From positions 12,954 through 76,953 of IMG/VR virus record IMGVR_UViG_3300047552_001072: a stretch of 64,000 bases of DNA, one strand, 5' to 3'. The notes below the pieces were generated by a model. That model saw nothing but the letters and a program-made list of their open reading frames with translations, was not told where the DNA came from and ran no database searches. This DNA is from a virus. The position numbers and the translations under genes are program-made. Position 1 is the first letter of the stretch; every line of letters starts with the position of its first letter. This document shows, in pieces, positions 31,739 to 41,195 of this stretch.

Positions 31739-33566
31739 TATCTACTTTATTTTTTGAAATTCTTTTTCTTTTTACTTCTGGCTGTCTTTCTACTTCTTTA
31801 ATAATTGTTTTCGTACTAGAAGTAGTAGAATTGAATATATCTAAAACTGGGATCTCTATTTTCTCATCTTTTTCCCTTTTGAGTTTTATAGTATGAGAAG
31901 CATCACTAGCACCATCAACAATAAATTTTCCAAAGTTTACTCCTCCAATATAGAGGTTAACATATTTGTCTAAATAAATGTTTTCTTTTGCTTCCTCATA
32001 AAAACCTGAACTATATAGTTCTATGCTTCCATTTAAAGCTCCTTTTATAGCTACTATACTATTTTTACCTACGAACTCCCAAGTAGTAATTCCGTTAGAT
32101 ACATACTCATCTCTAAAATAAACTTGAGATAAAGTTTCTCCTTCTACTTCTAATTCAAGTACTGACAAAGATTTTTTTATATCAATTACCTCTTTAAGAT
32201 TTTTGGTAAAATCTTTATCGTTACTTGTATATGGATAAATGGTTACAATTTTGTCTTCAGAAGTTCTAGCCATATGACTATTCATACATGCACCTAGAAA
32301 CTTTCTAGTAACAGAGTCATATACAAAAAAGGAACCTCCATTAGGATATTTTAGTAAGTAAGCTCTTAGAAGCTTTAACCCACTAATGCCAAACTTATCA
32401 TCTTTAGCTTGTATTTCTGTATCTACATCTACATACAAAATATTTTTTTGTAAATAGTTTGCTGTTTTTTTAAATCTTGCTGTTTGATTAGGATAATTAT
32501 AAGAAATTTCATAATTACCTAAGAATTTTCCAACTTCACCTTCATAGTTTGATTCAAAGATATCAACTACAAACTCTTTGTTAGTAATTAATGAAAATTC
32601 TCTTTCATCTACTTTTACTACTGTAGGAGTTTCAAAACTTTCAGGAAAGATTGTATCAGATTTTGAAAATTCTTTATCCAATAAAAATTGCCTTTTAACT
32701 AGTCCGTTGGCAGAAATAAATAGATAATATCTTAAATCTTTACTTTTTTCAGAGTTTATTTGTACCACTTGTTGTTGTTCATTTTTAATATTTTCATTAT
32801 CTGTTTCTACTTTATTCTGAATAGCTATGAAATACATGGCAGCTAACAATTCCATTGCTTTTTCTATTTCTTCTGCTGTATAGTTAAACATAGCATATTT
32901 ACCTGATTTGTGTAAATTATCTACTCTAGATATAAGTTTAGTTACTAATGACATATACTGATCAGAATCTTCCGCAGTATACTCCATATGATCTTCACTT
33001 CCTGCATAAATTTTATGCATAAGATCTACAAACTCTACTCTTAGGTTTGAGTTACTTCCTTTACTTGAAAATACTTTTTCTTTAATTGTGTCCAAAGAAT
33101 ACTTTGATAGACCTAACCTATCTAAAATAATAGAGTTTTTTTGCATTATATCATTAACTTGTGAAAGTTTTTGAGCAAAGAACAATTCAGAAGGAGATAA
33201 TTTGAACATCTTCATCAATACTGTTCTAGGTCTAGCTGCAAATTCTTCTATGTTTTTATTAGGAAGAATATCTCTTATTGTGCAAAAAGTTTTATAATTA
33301 CTTAAGAAATCTTCTAAATCACTAGGTTCTATCTTTAATAACCAACAAGCTAGATCTGTATATAGATCACCTGTTAAAGTTGTATTACTTTCTTTTTTGA
33401 ATTCCTCTATTATATCTAATAAAGGTGATTTTTCAACTTTCATTTCTGGAATATATTCTTTCTCAATAGGTTTAGATAAACCCTCCTCCAATACAGGAGG
33501 AGAGTCTATTTTAGTGAGTGTATATCCAAATAATGAAATTATCCAAAGTATAAACTTATTCAGCAT
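31719..33566 (-). CDS. Hypothetical protein (615 aa) with a short hydrophobic N-terminus
   Basis: Begins MLNKFILWIISLFGY; no catalytic motif recognised. Confidence 0.65.
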   Translation of the reverse strand: MLNKFILWIISLFGYTLTKIDSPPVLEEGLSKPIEKEYIPEMKVEKSPLLDIIEEFKKESNTTLTGDLYTDLACWLLKIEPSDLEDFLSNYKTFCTIRDILPNKNIEEFAARPRTVLMKMFKLSPSELFFAQKLSQVNDIMQKNSIILDRLGLSKYSLDTIKEKVFSSKGSNSNLRVEFVDLMHKIYAGSEDHMEYTAEDSDQYMSLVTKLISRVDNLHKSGKYAMFNYTAEEIEKAMELLAAMYFIAIQNKVETDNENIKNEQQQVVQINSEKSKDLRYYLFISANGLVKRQFLLDKEFSKSDTIFPESFETPTVVKVDEREFSLITNKEFVVDIFESNYEGEVGKFLGNYEISYNYPNQTARFKKTANYLQKNILYVDVDTEIQAKDDKFGISGLKLLRAYLLKYPNGGSFFVYDSVTRKFLGACMNSHMARTSEDKIVTIYPYTSNDKDFTKNLKEVIDIKKSLSVLELEVEGETLSQVYFRDEYVSNGITTWEFVGKNSIVAIKGALNGSIELYSSGFYEEAKENIYLDKYVNLYIGGVNFGKFIVDGASDASHTIKLKREKDEKIEIPVLDIFNSTTSSTKTIIKEVERQPEVKRKRISKNKVDNVLEII

Positions 33567-33584
33567 TTACTTTATTTATTTCTA

Positions 33585-34145
33585 TTATCCTATTCTGTAT
33601 ACTTCTTCATCCATGTCTAGCTTGGAACATACCTCGTACTCATCCTTAAAGGATAAATTCAATCTCTCTTCCCACCGCTTCTTCAGTTCTGGAGACTTAG
33701 TCAATATTTGATAATTAACTGAATCTTTATACAGATATTCTCCATATATTGATTCTCCCACAATAACTTTAGGATTGAAGTATTTTTTAACATATTCTCT
33801 GTCTATAAGAGAGTATTTACTTGTAAGTAATTGTTCTTTTATATGCTTCCACTCATCACTTAATTTAAATCTAACCATAATAAATCCATCACAAGGATCA
33901 TATTCATCTAAGAAATTTTCATGTTTTCTTAAAGAAGAAGATAAATCTTCATAATTAATATTAGAAGGATTATATTCAAATAATAAAAAGATGTCTACAT
34001 TATTATCATTAATTGTTTTATTATAATTACTATCGTCTAAATAGGCATTTATAAACCCATATTCTAACAGTATTGCGACATCTAAGCCGCAAGCAGGGAC
34101 TAAAAACGAAGATGTCTTAGTCCATCTATTCTTTGTTTCTTGCAC
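33585..34145 (-). CDS. Hypothetical protein (186 aa), probably conserved in crAss-like replication regions
   Basis: TKTSSFLVP...GFINAYL...GFIMVRFKL...KYS pattern; adjacent to the exonuclease gene. Confidence 0.6.
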   Translation of the reverse strand: MQETKNRWTKTSSFLVPACGLDVAILLEYGFINAYLDDSNYNKTINDNNVDIFLLFEYNPSNINYEDLSSSLRKHENFLDEYDPCDGFIMVRFKLSDEWKHIKEQLLTSKYSLIDREYVKKYFNPKVIVGESIYGEYLYKDSVNYQILTKSPELKKRWEERLNLSFKDEYEVCSKLDMDEEVYRIG

Positions 34146-34147
34146 TA

Positions 34148-35167
34148 TTATTGTTTAAAAACATTTAGTTCAATATGAAAATTATTCTGAAGTAGATCTT
34201 TAGGCATTTCCCAATAATCAGTTGTTTTATGCCATTTATACTCATCTAATAATTGAACATATCCTTTGACAAATTCATTACTAGATTTTAAGTATCCACC
34301 TAGTTTACCAACTTTCAAATCATTGTCAGTAACTGGATAGAATACTGGCAAGTTATAACAAGATTTCTCTTGTACTAAAAATTTGAAATTTAATATTCTA
34401 TATTCAGAAATATCTCCATATTCTTTACATTCTTTTTTCCAACTTTCCATTGCCCTAGTATAAAAGGCAGCCTGTATATAATAGTAAAAAGTAATAAAAG
34501 AATGCTTAAACTGGTAAACAGACTTAGCAGTTGTTTTTAAGTCAATAATTTGAATAGTCTTATTATTGTGATCAATAACAACAATGTCTAACAAACCTTT
34601 ACATGGTACTAGGTCAACTTCAAAAAAGATTGCAACTTGAAATAAGATATTAATCCCTTCAGGTGCTTCTTTAAATAGCCATCCACAATGCTCAGACTCT
34701 GTTAGAAGTTTGTACATTCTCCTTACCAAAATAGCATCTTCTCTTTTTAATACTAACTTAGTATCCTTTTCTAATAAAAACTTTACATAGGTTTGACACT
34801 CAGTATCATTAAATACCCTTTTGATTTTGTCTAAGGATATTTTGTAACCAGATTGAATATGTGCCAATTCGTACGCTAAATCATCATCGCATTTATTGAC
34901 ATATTTCTGACGAACAAATTCTTCGCAGAAGATTTTCATCATCTTAGTTAACTTATAATCAGGTTCTTCTATATAAATATTGTGATACTCTTCTTTATTA
35001 GTAAGTAGAGTATCTAATGCTCCACCTACTACAAAGTAGTCTTTAACTTCCTCTTCTTCCTTTTTAGTAAACATTTTATGTCTAAAAAACTTAGGATGAG
35101 TAGAAAGATATCCTAAACTAGATTGAGATATGCTGGGATCTGCCCTGTATTCTTTCTCAGTTTTCAT
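34148..35167 (-). CDS. PD-(D/E)xK exonuclease (RecE/exonuclease VIII-like)
   Basis: EYRA...ISQSSL, KGLLDIVVID...IIDLKTT, YYIQAAFY. Confidence 0.85.
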   Translation of the reverse strand: MKTEKEYRADPSISQSSLGYLSTHPKFFRHKMFTKKEEEEVKDYFVVGGALDTLLTNKEEYHNIYIEEPDYKLTKMMKIFCEEFVRQKYVNKCDDDLAYELAHIQSGYKISLDKIKRVFNDTECQTYVKFLLEKDTKLVLKREDAILVRRMYKLLTESEHCGWLFKEAPEGINILFQVAIFFEVDLVPCKGLLDIVVIDHNNKTIQIIDLKTTAKSVYQFKHSFITFYYYIQAAFYTRAMESWKKECKEYGDISEYRILNFKFLVQEKSCYNLPVFYPVTDNDLKVGKLGGYLKSSNEFVKGYVQLLDEYKWHKTTDYWEMPKDLLQNNFHIELNVFKQ

Positions 35168-35741
35168 TTAGAATTTTGTTTTTTACAAACTCATCTAACT
35201 TCTTATTAACCTCATAAGATAACTCAATATCATAATCAGCAACATGAAGTCTCTCTTCAATTACTTTAATTTTTAATTCTTTAGCTACAGTGGATTGTTG
35301 GAAATTTTCCAATTTAGCTCTTTTATCTTGTAATACCCATGCAGATTTTTGCATCAAACATAAAGCAGGTCTATGGAAATAACTACCATAAAAATTGCAA
35401 TTGTGATACTTGAAGAAGTTAAATAATTTATCTTGTTCAAATTCAGCATTGTAAGCAATTAGTTGGAATTTATCCTTTGGGTTATACTTATCCACAAATA
35501 ACTCAAGCTCTTTACAAAACTTAGCAAACCCTTCTTTTTGGGTAAGCACATTTTTACTCTTGTTAATAACATGAAAATCCTTATTTACCTTGATTTTTTG
35601 ACCATGGTCTGGTTTCATATTAATAACGAATCTTCTTTTAATACTACCTCCAGTAACAACAATTCCTGCAATCTGAATGATCGCATTATTGTTAGTTAGT
35701 CCAGTGGTTTCTATGTCGATATAAACCTGTTTTAAGGCCAT
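35157..35741 (-). CDS. DEDDh 3'-5' exonuclease (DnaQ/RNase T-like)
   Basis: ExoI IDIETTG, IIQIA; ExoII AYNAEFE; ExoIII LHVADYDI. Confidence 0.85.
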   Translation of the reverse strand: MALKQVYIDIETTGLTNNNAIIQIAGIVVTGGSIKRRFVINMKPDHGQKIKVNKDFHVINKSKNVLTQKEGFAKFCKELELFVDKYNPKDKFQLIAYNAEFEQDKLFNFFKYHNCNFYGSYFHRPALCLMQKSAWVLQDKRAKLENFQQSTVAKELKIKVIEERLHVADYDIELSYEVNKKLDEFVKNKILNEN

Positions 35742-36133
35742 TATTCGTTGTTTTTTCGAATGATCTCTCCTATTACATACATTACTTCCTTTTGGGTTGT
35801 AGGCATGTATAAATCCAATTTAATTGAGTTTTCTGCTAGGTACTTTTTGAATAATTTCCACTTCAATCTTGCTGTTGTAGTAAAATGACCTTTGCACTCA
35901 ATAAGCCACCCAGTACCAGTAAAGTCTGGGGTGTAAGTAATCGCGGCTTGTCCTTGACGTTGTTGTATAAATGATTTTCCTATACGCTCTAAAGAAACTC
36001 CCTCGTACTTAAAGGAAGGTGTTATTACATACTTTACCTTTTCATACTCAAAAGGAAGTTTATTTAGAGTTAATTGTTCAGCACAAAAGCTTTCCAACTT
36101 AGATCTGAACTTTCCTGTCTTTTTTGCTCTCAT
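35741..36133 (-). CDS. T7 endonuclease I-like Holliday junction resolvase
   Basis: FRSKLE, FEYE, YTPDF, LIECKG. Confidence 0.85.
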   Translation of the reverse strand: MRAKKTGKFRSKLESFCAEQLTLNKLPFEYEKVKYVITPSFKYEGVSLERIGKSFIQQRQGQAAITYTPDFTGTGWLIECKGHFTTTARLKWKLFKKYLAENSIKLDLYMPTTQKEVMYVIGEIIRKNNE

Positions 36134-36145
36134 CTTATAAAGATT

Positions 36146-37711
36146 TTAGTATAATTCTTCTGTAAAAGAAGTAGAATCATTCTTAAACTCTTCCATAGCA
36201 TTGTTTACATGCTCAGAGTTTACAGAAGTTCTACCATTTAAAGCTCTATGTACAGCTTTTACATTATCATTTTTGTTCTTATCTCTAATAATATTCATAT
36301 AACGTATGATACTATCAGTTACTTCTTTGTAAATATCCAACACTTTAGTTGGAGCATCTTCTCCAAAATTATCATATAACTGGCATATTACATCAGTTAA
36401 TTTGATTTTATCCTTTCCTTCCAAAATTTTCTTAGAATACACATCTGCATAACGTACAATGGTATTACAAATTAATAACCACATAAGAGTTTTGTGGAAG
36501 TTAACTGTAGGACCATGTAGTCTAAATTCAACGGTACCACTAGAAAAGAAATAATTAACCAAATTCATGGCATAGTAACGAGTAGGACAATCCCACTGTC
36601 TATTCCATGGAGTGTATTTAGTTTGCTTATATATTTTTGGATTATTTTTTTTGTCTGGTTTTGCTCCACAAGTAATAAACGAGAATATCTCATTATAATG
36701 TCTCATAAGCTCTTTTTCATATTCTTCCTTACTCTTAGCTTTATACAAACTATTATCACCAATTCCTAAGTCAATTAATCTCTCTGAGTATTCTTTTTGT
36801 TTACCCATAATAGCTTGTTCATGACGTTTATAGAAAGGAACAAGATTAAATAATTCATCCTGAAGTCTATAAAATAATTGGTACAAGGCAAGGATAAACT
36901 CTTTTCTTTTAGGTAAAGATCCAATATGTACATGCATAGCACAAGAATGGTCAACTCTACATTGACTCATTAATCTTTTGCATACTTTCTTCAAAGATTC
37001 TAAACCTTTAGCACCTTTTAGAATAACTGTAGCATACTCGTACTGATCTCTACTACTTAGGGAGCCATCAACAACAGGAACAATACCACCAGGACCCAAA
37101 AAGCTTGTTTGTAAAGTTCCTTGACTAGTTTCAAATTCAACTCCAAAAGTAAGGTTACCTAATAATCTGGCAATGGTTCTTGACCTGAATGTACTCTTAT
37201 ATTTTGTTTCTTCGTAGATTTTTTGTATATCTACAAAAGCTTTATTGGCATCATCTGCATGATGCGTAGTTCTAATGTTGATTGCAAAAGTTCTTATAGA
37301 AGCTAACTTAGATAAAAATTCAGCAGGCTCTTTAGTTGGATGATAGAAATAATTACTTGATTTAGACGGCAAATATCCTAAAGAATATGCAATATCTTCA
37401 TTCATAATAAATAATTCTTCATCTTCTTTCTTTTTTACAGCCGAAATGACTTGAACTGTCTTAAAATTGTTAAATAACATAGTACCTCGTTCTCCTTGAG
37501 AATTTATGATTCCGTATCTAACATTTTTAGAATTTTCATATTTTTGTGTTTCATCACAAAAGAGCACTTCTTCTCCAATAATAAAAGGTTGATCTTCTAT
37601 ATAAACTATAGCACCTTTTACTGCATTCTTTTCTTTGATTTTAACTTTAGGTAAGTTAGTTATAACTAACCTACCGTAAATTATGTCTGTTTTTAAATAG
37701 GTTCCACTCAT
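36146..37711 (-). CDS. Putative amidoligase (glutamine synthetase/GCS-fold COOH-NH2 ligase, Amidoligase_2-like) with a long N-terminal extension
   Basis: TFGVEFET, VVDGSL, EYAT, SCAMHVHIG, RYYAMN, GTVEFRLH. Confidence 0.85.
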   Translation of the reverse strand: MSGTYLKTDIIYGRLVITNLPKVKIKEKNAVKGAIVYIEDQPFIIGEEVLFCDETQKYENSKNVRYGIINSQGERGTMLFNNFKTVQVISAVKKKEDEELFIMNEDIAYSLGYLPSKSSNYFYHPTKEPAEFLSKLASIRTFAINIRTTHHADDANKAFVDIQKIYEETKYKSTFRSRTIARLLGNLTFGVEFETSQGTLQTSFLGPGGIVPVVDGSLSSRDQYEYATVILKGAKGLESLKKVCKRLMSQCRVDHSCAMHVHIGSLPKRKEFILALYQLFYRLQDELFNLVPFYKRHEQAIMGKQKEYSERLIDLGIGDNSLYKAKSKEEYEKELMRHYNEIFSFITCGAKPDKKNNPKIYKQTKYTPWNRQWDCPTRYYAMNLVNYFFSSGTVEFRLHGPTVNFHKTLMWLLICNTIVRYADVYSKKILEGKDKIKLTDVICQLYDNFGEDAPTKVLDIYKEVTDSIIRYMNIIRDKNKNDNVKAVHRALNGRTSVNSEHVNNAMEEFKNDSTSFTEELY

Positions 37712-39630
37712 TACTTAATGAAGAAAGCTTTTATTTTAGATGTTTCCTCATCTTCTAATTCCTCTATGTTAATAGAAGAACATGTATCACATCTCTCTAA
37801 ATGATTTTGAGTTGTTACTGATCCACAATCATCACAAACTACAATATATTCTTTATCCTTAAAATCTTCTTGCTCTTCTTCTAAATATCTATTTATCTCG
37901 TCAATGTTATCAAGAACTTTTTGGAAAGCATTAGTACTGCATTTGTCATCACACATAGGACAATCACTTACAACAGTTCCTTTACATTTTAGACAATATT
38001 TTATATTATCAAAAGTAGCATAGGTTTCTTTAAAATGTTCTGTTCTTTCTTTAGTTAATACCTCAACTATCATTGACTCTTTAAAGATATATCCTCTGTT
38101 TACATAAGGCCAAATAACTAATCCATCTATTGGATCAGAATGGTTTAAAAGAGTAGTTGGTTTTATAAAAGTAAGGCAATCTTTTTTATCTTCTTTTCTG
38201 TTAAATAATCCTGACCAAATAGGAAAATTAGTAGAACTACGAAGTATTGTACCAGATACTGAACCTTCGTTTTTTATTTCGAAGATGTGTAAATCTTTTA
38301 AAGATCTTATGTTATTAATAAGTATTCCGCGATAGAAGTATAATTCTTTTGTTGCAACATTTACTGCAGGAGTCATATCTTCTACATCATAATAAGCATG
38401 CTTATCTTCTGATATAAAAATACCTCTTCCAGTTGTGTCAAAAGTAGTTATTCTATCCACTATTTCTACATCATTATAAGTAGATTTTTCTACACTGACA
38501 TTTTCTCTAAGTTTTACTTTAGTATGTGCAATGTTACCATTATAATAATATAGTCCTTTACTAAAAACTAGCCTACCCTCTTGAATACTTCTAAACAACT
38601 CTTGTTGACTTAAACCATCAGAATTTAGAACTCCAGCGGAAAGAGTTTTAATTGTTTCTAATTCACTTTTTTTTATTTCGCTTGCTGAGCTGCCTACGCA
38701 TCCGCTTCTGTTCTTTTTTGATAATCTATTATAAAAGTCTGAATCTTCTTCATGACCCAAGTATCTTGGAGCTGGTAAAGAAAATGAGTTAGTACTTTTA
38801 GTAGGATTTCTATCTACTTTGATAACTTCTACTATTTCTCCATCTTCTATTACAGTAATAGCATCCATAGCAAAATGATACGAATCAATCGTATTACTTT
38901 CTAGATATTTCTTTCTGTTAGGAAGAGTTAAAAATGCCTCGTCTAAAGGTTTATGTTCAGAAGAAATGTATATTCCTGCCTTAGTTTGTACATAGTGTAA
39001 AGGTCTTTCAGGAGTATTAACTTTTGAGTAAGTTTCTTTTCCTGCCCATACATAAACCTTGTTTGGTTCTTCTTTTATGTGCCATACCAAAGCTGCGCTA
39101 CCCCTGTACATAGAAAGGAATTCTAAAGTTTCCTTTTCTCCTTGTGCAAAAATATTGAAGATAAGTACTGAGTCTGATGACCCATAGTCGAGAGACAATC
39201 CAAAATGTCTTTCTATTTCTGTTTCGTTAGTAATTGTTCCGTTATGAACTCCAATCACAGTTCGAGTAGGATTTTCTTCACTATTTTTTGCTATAATTGG
39301 GTGGGCATCAGATAATGTAACACCTCCACGAGAAGAAGATCTTGAGTGACCAATTACTATACATGGATTATAAAATTTTGGTTTTTTGCCTGCCCAAAAT
39401 TTTCCTTCTTTTTCATAATGTTTATGAAAAGAAGATATATCAGTTCCTTTACCATCTACATTTTTAGCCCCTCTATGTACATATAGTAGTCTCTGATTAT
39501 TTTCTCGTGTGGTATAAAAGACTCCAAAGTTATCTTTTCCTCTGGAGTCTTGTGCTAATAGTAGATAATTAAGAATTATTTCATTAAAAATTTCTCCTTT
39601 CTTACCTATAAAACCTGCGATTCCGCACAT
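37711..39630 (-). CDS. Class II (Ntn) glutamine amidotransferase with C-terminal CxxC zinc-ribbon repeats
   Basis: Starts MCGIAG (N-terminal Cys nucleophile); RGKD, IGHSRSSSRG, AHP, VHNGTITN, SDS, RPL, SSE. C-terminal CLKC, CPMC, CDDC, CDTC. Confidence 0.9.
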   Translation of the reverse strand: MCGIAGFIGKKGEIFNEIILNYLLLAQDSRGKDNFGVFYTTRENNQRLLYVHRGAKNVDGKGTDISSFHKHYEKEGKFWAGKKPKFYNPCIVIGHSRSSSRGGVTLSDAHPIIAKNSEENPTRTVIGVHNGTITNETEIERHFGLSLDYGSSDSVLIFNIFAQGEKETLEFLSMYRGSAALVWHIKEEPNKVYVWAGKETYSKVNTPERPLHYVQTKAGIYISSEHKPLDEAFLTLPNRKKYLESNTIDSYHFAMDAITVIEDGEIVEVIKVDRNPTKSTNSFSLPAPRYLGHEEDSDFYNRLSKKNRSGCVGSSASEIKKSELETIKTLSAGVLNSDGLSQQELFRSIQEGRLVFSKGLYYYNGNIAHTKVKLRENVSVEKSTYNDVEIVDRITTFDTTGRGIFISEDKHAYYDVEDMTPAVNVATKELYFYRGILINNIRSLKDLHIFEIKNEGSVSGTILRSSTNFPIWSGLFNRKEDKKDCLTFIKPTTLLNHSDPIDGLVIWPYVNRGYIFKESMIVEVLTKERTEHFKETYATFDNIKYCLKCKGTVVSDCPMCDDKCSTNAFQKVLDNIDEINRYLEEEQEDFKDKEYIVVCDDCGSVTTQNHLERCDTCSSINIEELEDEETSKIKAFFIK

Positions 39631-39639
39631 AGTTTATTA

Positions 39640-40605
39640 TTAAATTTCTTTTCTCTTTTCTAAAATCATCTGTCTAAATGCTTTTTTCCATCTACTGAAA
39701 GATAAAACAGCATTTTCATCTCCCATTGATGGGGCAGTATTTATTTCTAGAATTGTCCAAGATCCAGATTCAGAATCCCACAACATATCTACAGCACCAA
39801 AATCAAGATTACAAGCCATACAAGCATCTAAGGCTAAACTAACAGCTTTGTCAACAGAACAAGATTTTCCTTTACGTGAAAATGTTCTTTCGAAATTTGC
39901 AGTAAAGTAGCTATTTCCCAAGGCAATATTTCTTCCAAAACTACCTGCATCTACAGCCTCTTGTTTCATTAATTTTCTTAGTACTATAATTTCTCCTTTG
40001 TAATTTATTTCTGAGACACCATTACTTTGAGGAGGATAATCAACTCTTTTCATCAAAAGCAGAGGAGACACTGACACACGATACTCGTAAGATTTGCTCA
40101 TATCTGGTTGAAATACTTCTTCAATGAAATAAGTATTTAATTCTTCAGATTTTTTAGAAGAAATAAAAGTTGCCAATTCCTTAATATCGTTGATTACTGT
40201 CATTCCTTTTCCACCACTACCATAAATAAGTTTTGCAACACAAGGAAAGGCCAGTCTGAAGTTTTGAACTCCTGCAGCGCTTAATTTCAATTCTGCAAAC
40301 ATTTGGTACTTCGGTGTAGGCAAACCAGCATCAACTAAGAACTGTTTACATCTTACTTTATTTGATGCATTTTTAATTACATCAGGGTGATTTAAGATTA
40401 CCCCACCATCTTTACGAACTAAGGCTACTTTTTCATAGCAGTTTTCTGTTCTACTACCTAAATTGATTAGAGTTTTATATGGAAATTTTCCTATAGGAAA
40501 TCTTTCTTCTGGCTTCTCTTTATCTTTTTGAATTCGGAACTTATCTGCTGATGGGTTCTTGCTGATTACGTGAGGAGAAAATTGTTCGTTTAATTCAGTA
40601 CTCAT
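39640..40605 (-). CDS. ATP-grasp ligase (RimK/YheC-D-like)
   Basis: NASNKVRC..L..AGLPTP, FPCVAK..YGSGGKG, EYRV, LDFGAVD, ILEINTAP. Confidence 0.9.
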   Translation of the reverse strand: MSTELNEQFSPHVISKNPSADKFRIQKDKEKPEERFPIGKFPYKTLINLGSRTENCYEKVALVRKDGGVILNHPDVIKNASNKVRCKQFLVDAGLPTPKYQMFAELKLSAAGVQNFRLAFPCVAKLIYGSGGKGMTVINDIKELATFISSKKSEELNTYFIEEVFQPDMSKSYEYRVSVSPLLLMKRVDYPPQSNGVSEINYKGEIIVLRKLMKQEAVDAGSFGRNIALGNSYFTANFERTFSRKGKSCSVDKAVSLALDACMACNLDFGAVDMLWDSESGSWTILEINTAPSMGDENAVLSFSRWKKAFRQMILEKRKEI

Positions 40606-41195
40606 TATTCAGTTATTTTTTCTTGTTCAACCTCTTCTTTAAAATAATACTCATACGCTTTTGGAGCCTCTTGTTTTAGTCTTTCTTTCAAATCACTTGA
40701 GTATGTTTTGTAAACATTACCTACATAATCTCCCTTAGGATTTTTTGCTGCTTTTTGTTCAGCACTTGACCAAGGTGCTTCATAGAATTTAGCAATGATT
40801 GGCCCATCTTCTAGATTAATTCTAACTGCACAAGCTCTATATGCATCATATTTTACTCCTTCAAGAGCATCTGTCTCTGCATTAATTCTATCAAATTCAT
40901 CTGTTACTTGAAATAAATCAAATACAGTAACGTGACTTGTATCTCCTGTAAATTCACAAGAAATTCCACGACTTTTTAGAAATCCAGGAAGTTCTAATGT
41001 AGCGATATGTTTTGTTCTTTTATTGAAACACCATGCCCAATTACCCATTCCAAGTCTTAATGTTCCATACACTAAGAAATAATTAGTTAAAAAGCTTTCT
41101 CCACTTTTCATTCTCAATATTCCTACTCTCTCCAATTCTTGTTTTTGATCCTTTGTAAGATCAGAAAAGTTCAATAGTTTTTGCATTTTCTTCAA
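40605..41195 (-). CDS. Gamma-glutamylcyclotransferase (AIG2-like)
   Basis: FLVYGTLRLG..N signature and DALEG...Y (catalytic Glu). The true start may be internal. Confidence 0.85.
   Translation of the reverse strand: MKKMQKLLNFSDLTKDQKQELERVGILRMKSGESFLTNYFLVYGTLRLGMGNWAWCFNKRTKHIATLELPGFLKSRGISCEFTGDTSHVTVFDLFQVTDEFDRINAETDALEGVKYDAYRACAVRINLEDGPIIAKFYEAPWSSAEQKAAKNPKGDYVGNVYKTYSSDLKERLKQEAPKAYEYYFKEEVEQEKITE

Noticed and set aside
31403-33566. Spanin (Rz/Rz1) pair
   Set aside because: The membrane-associated protein is far too long, and the genes are not in a late or lysis context.
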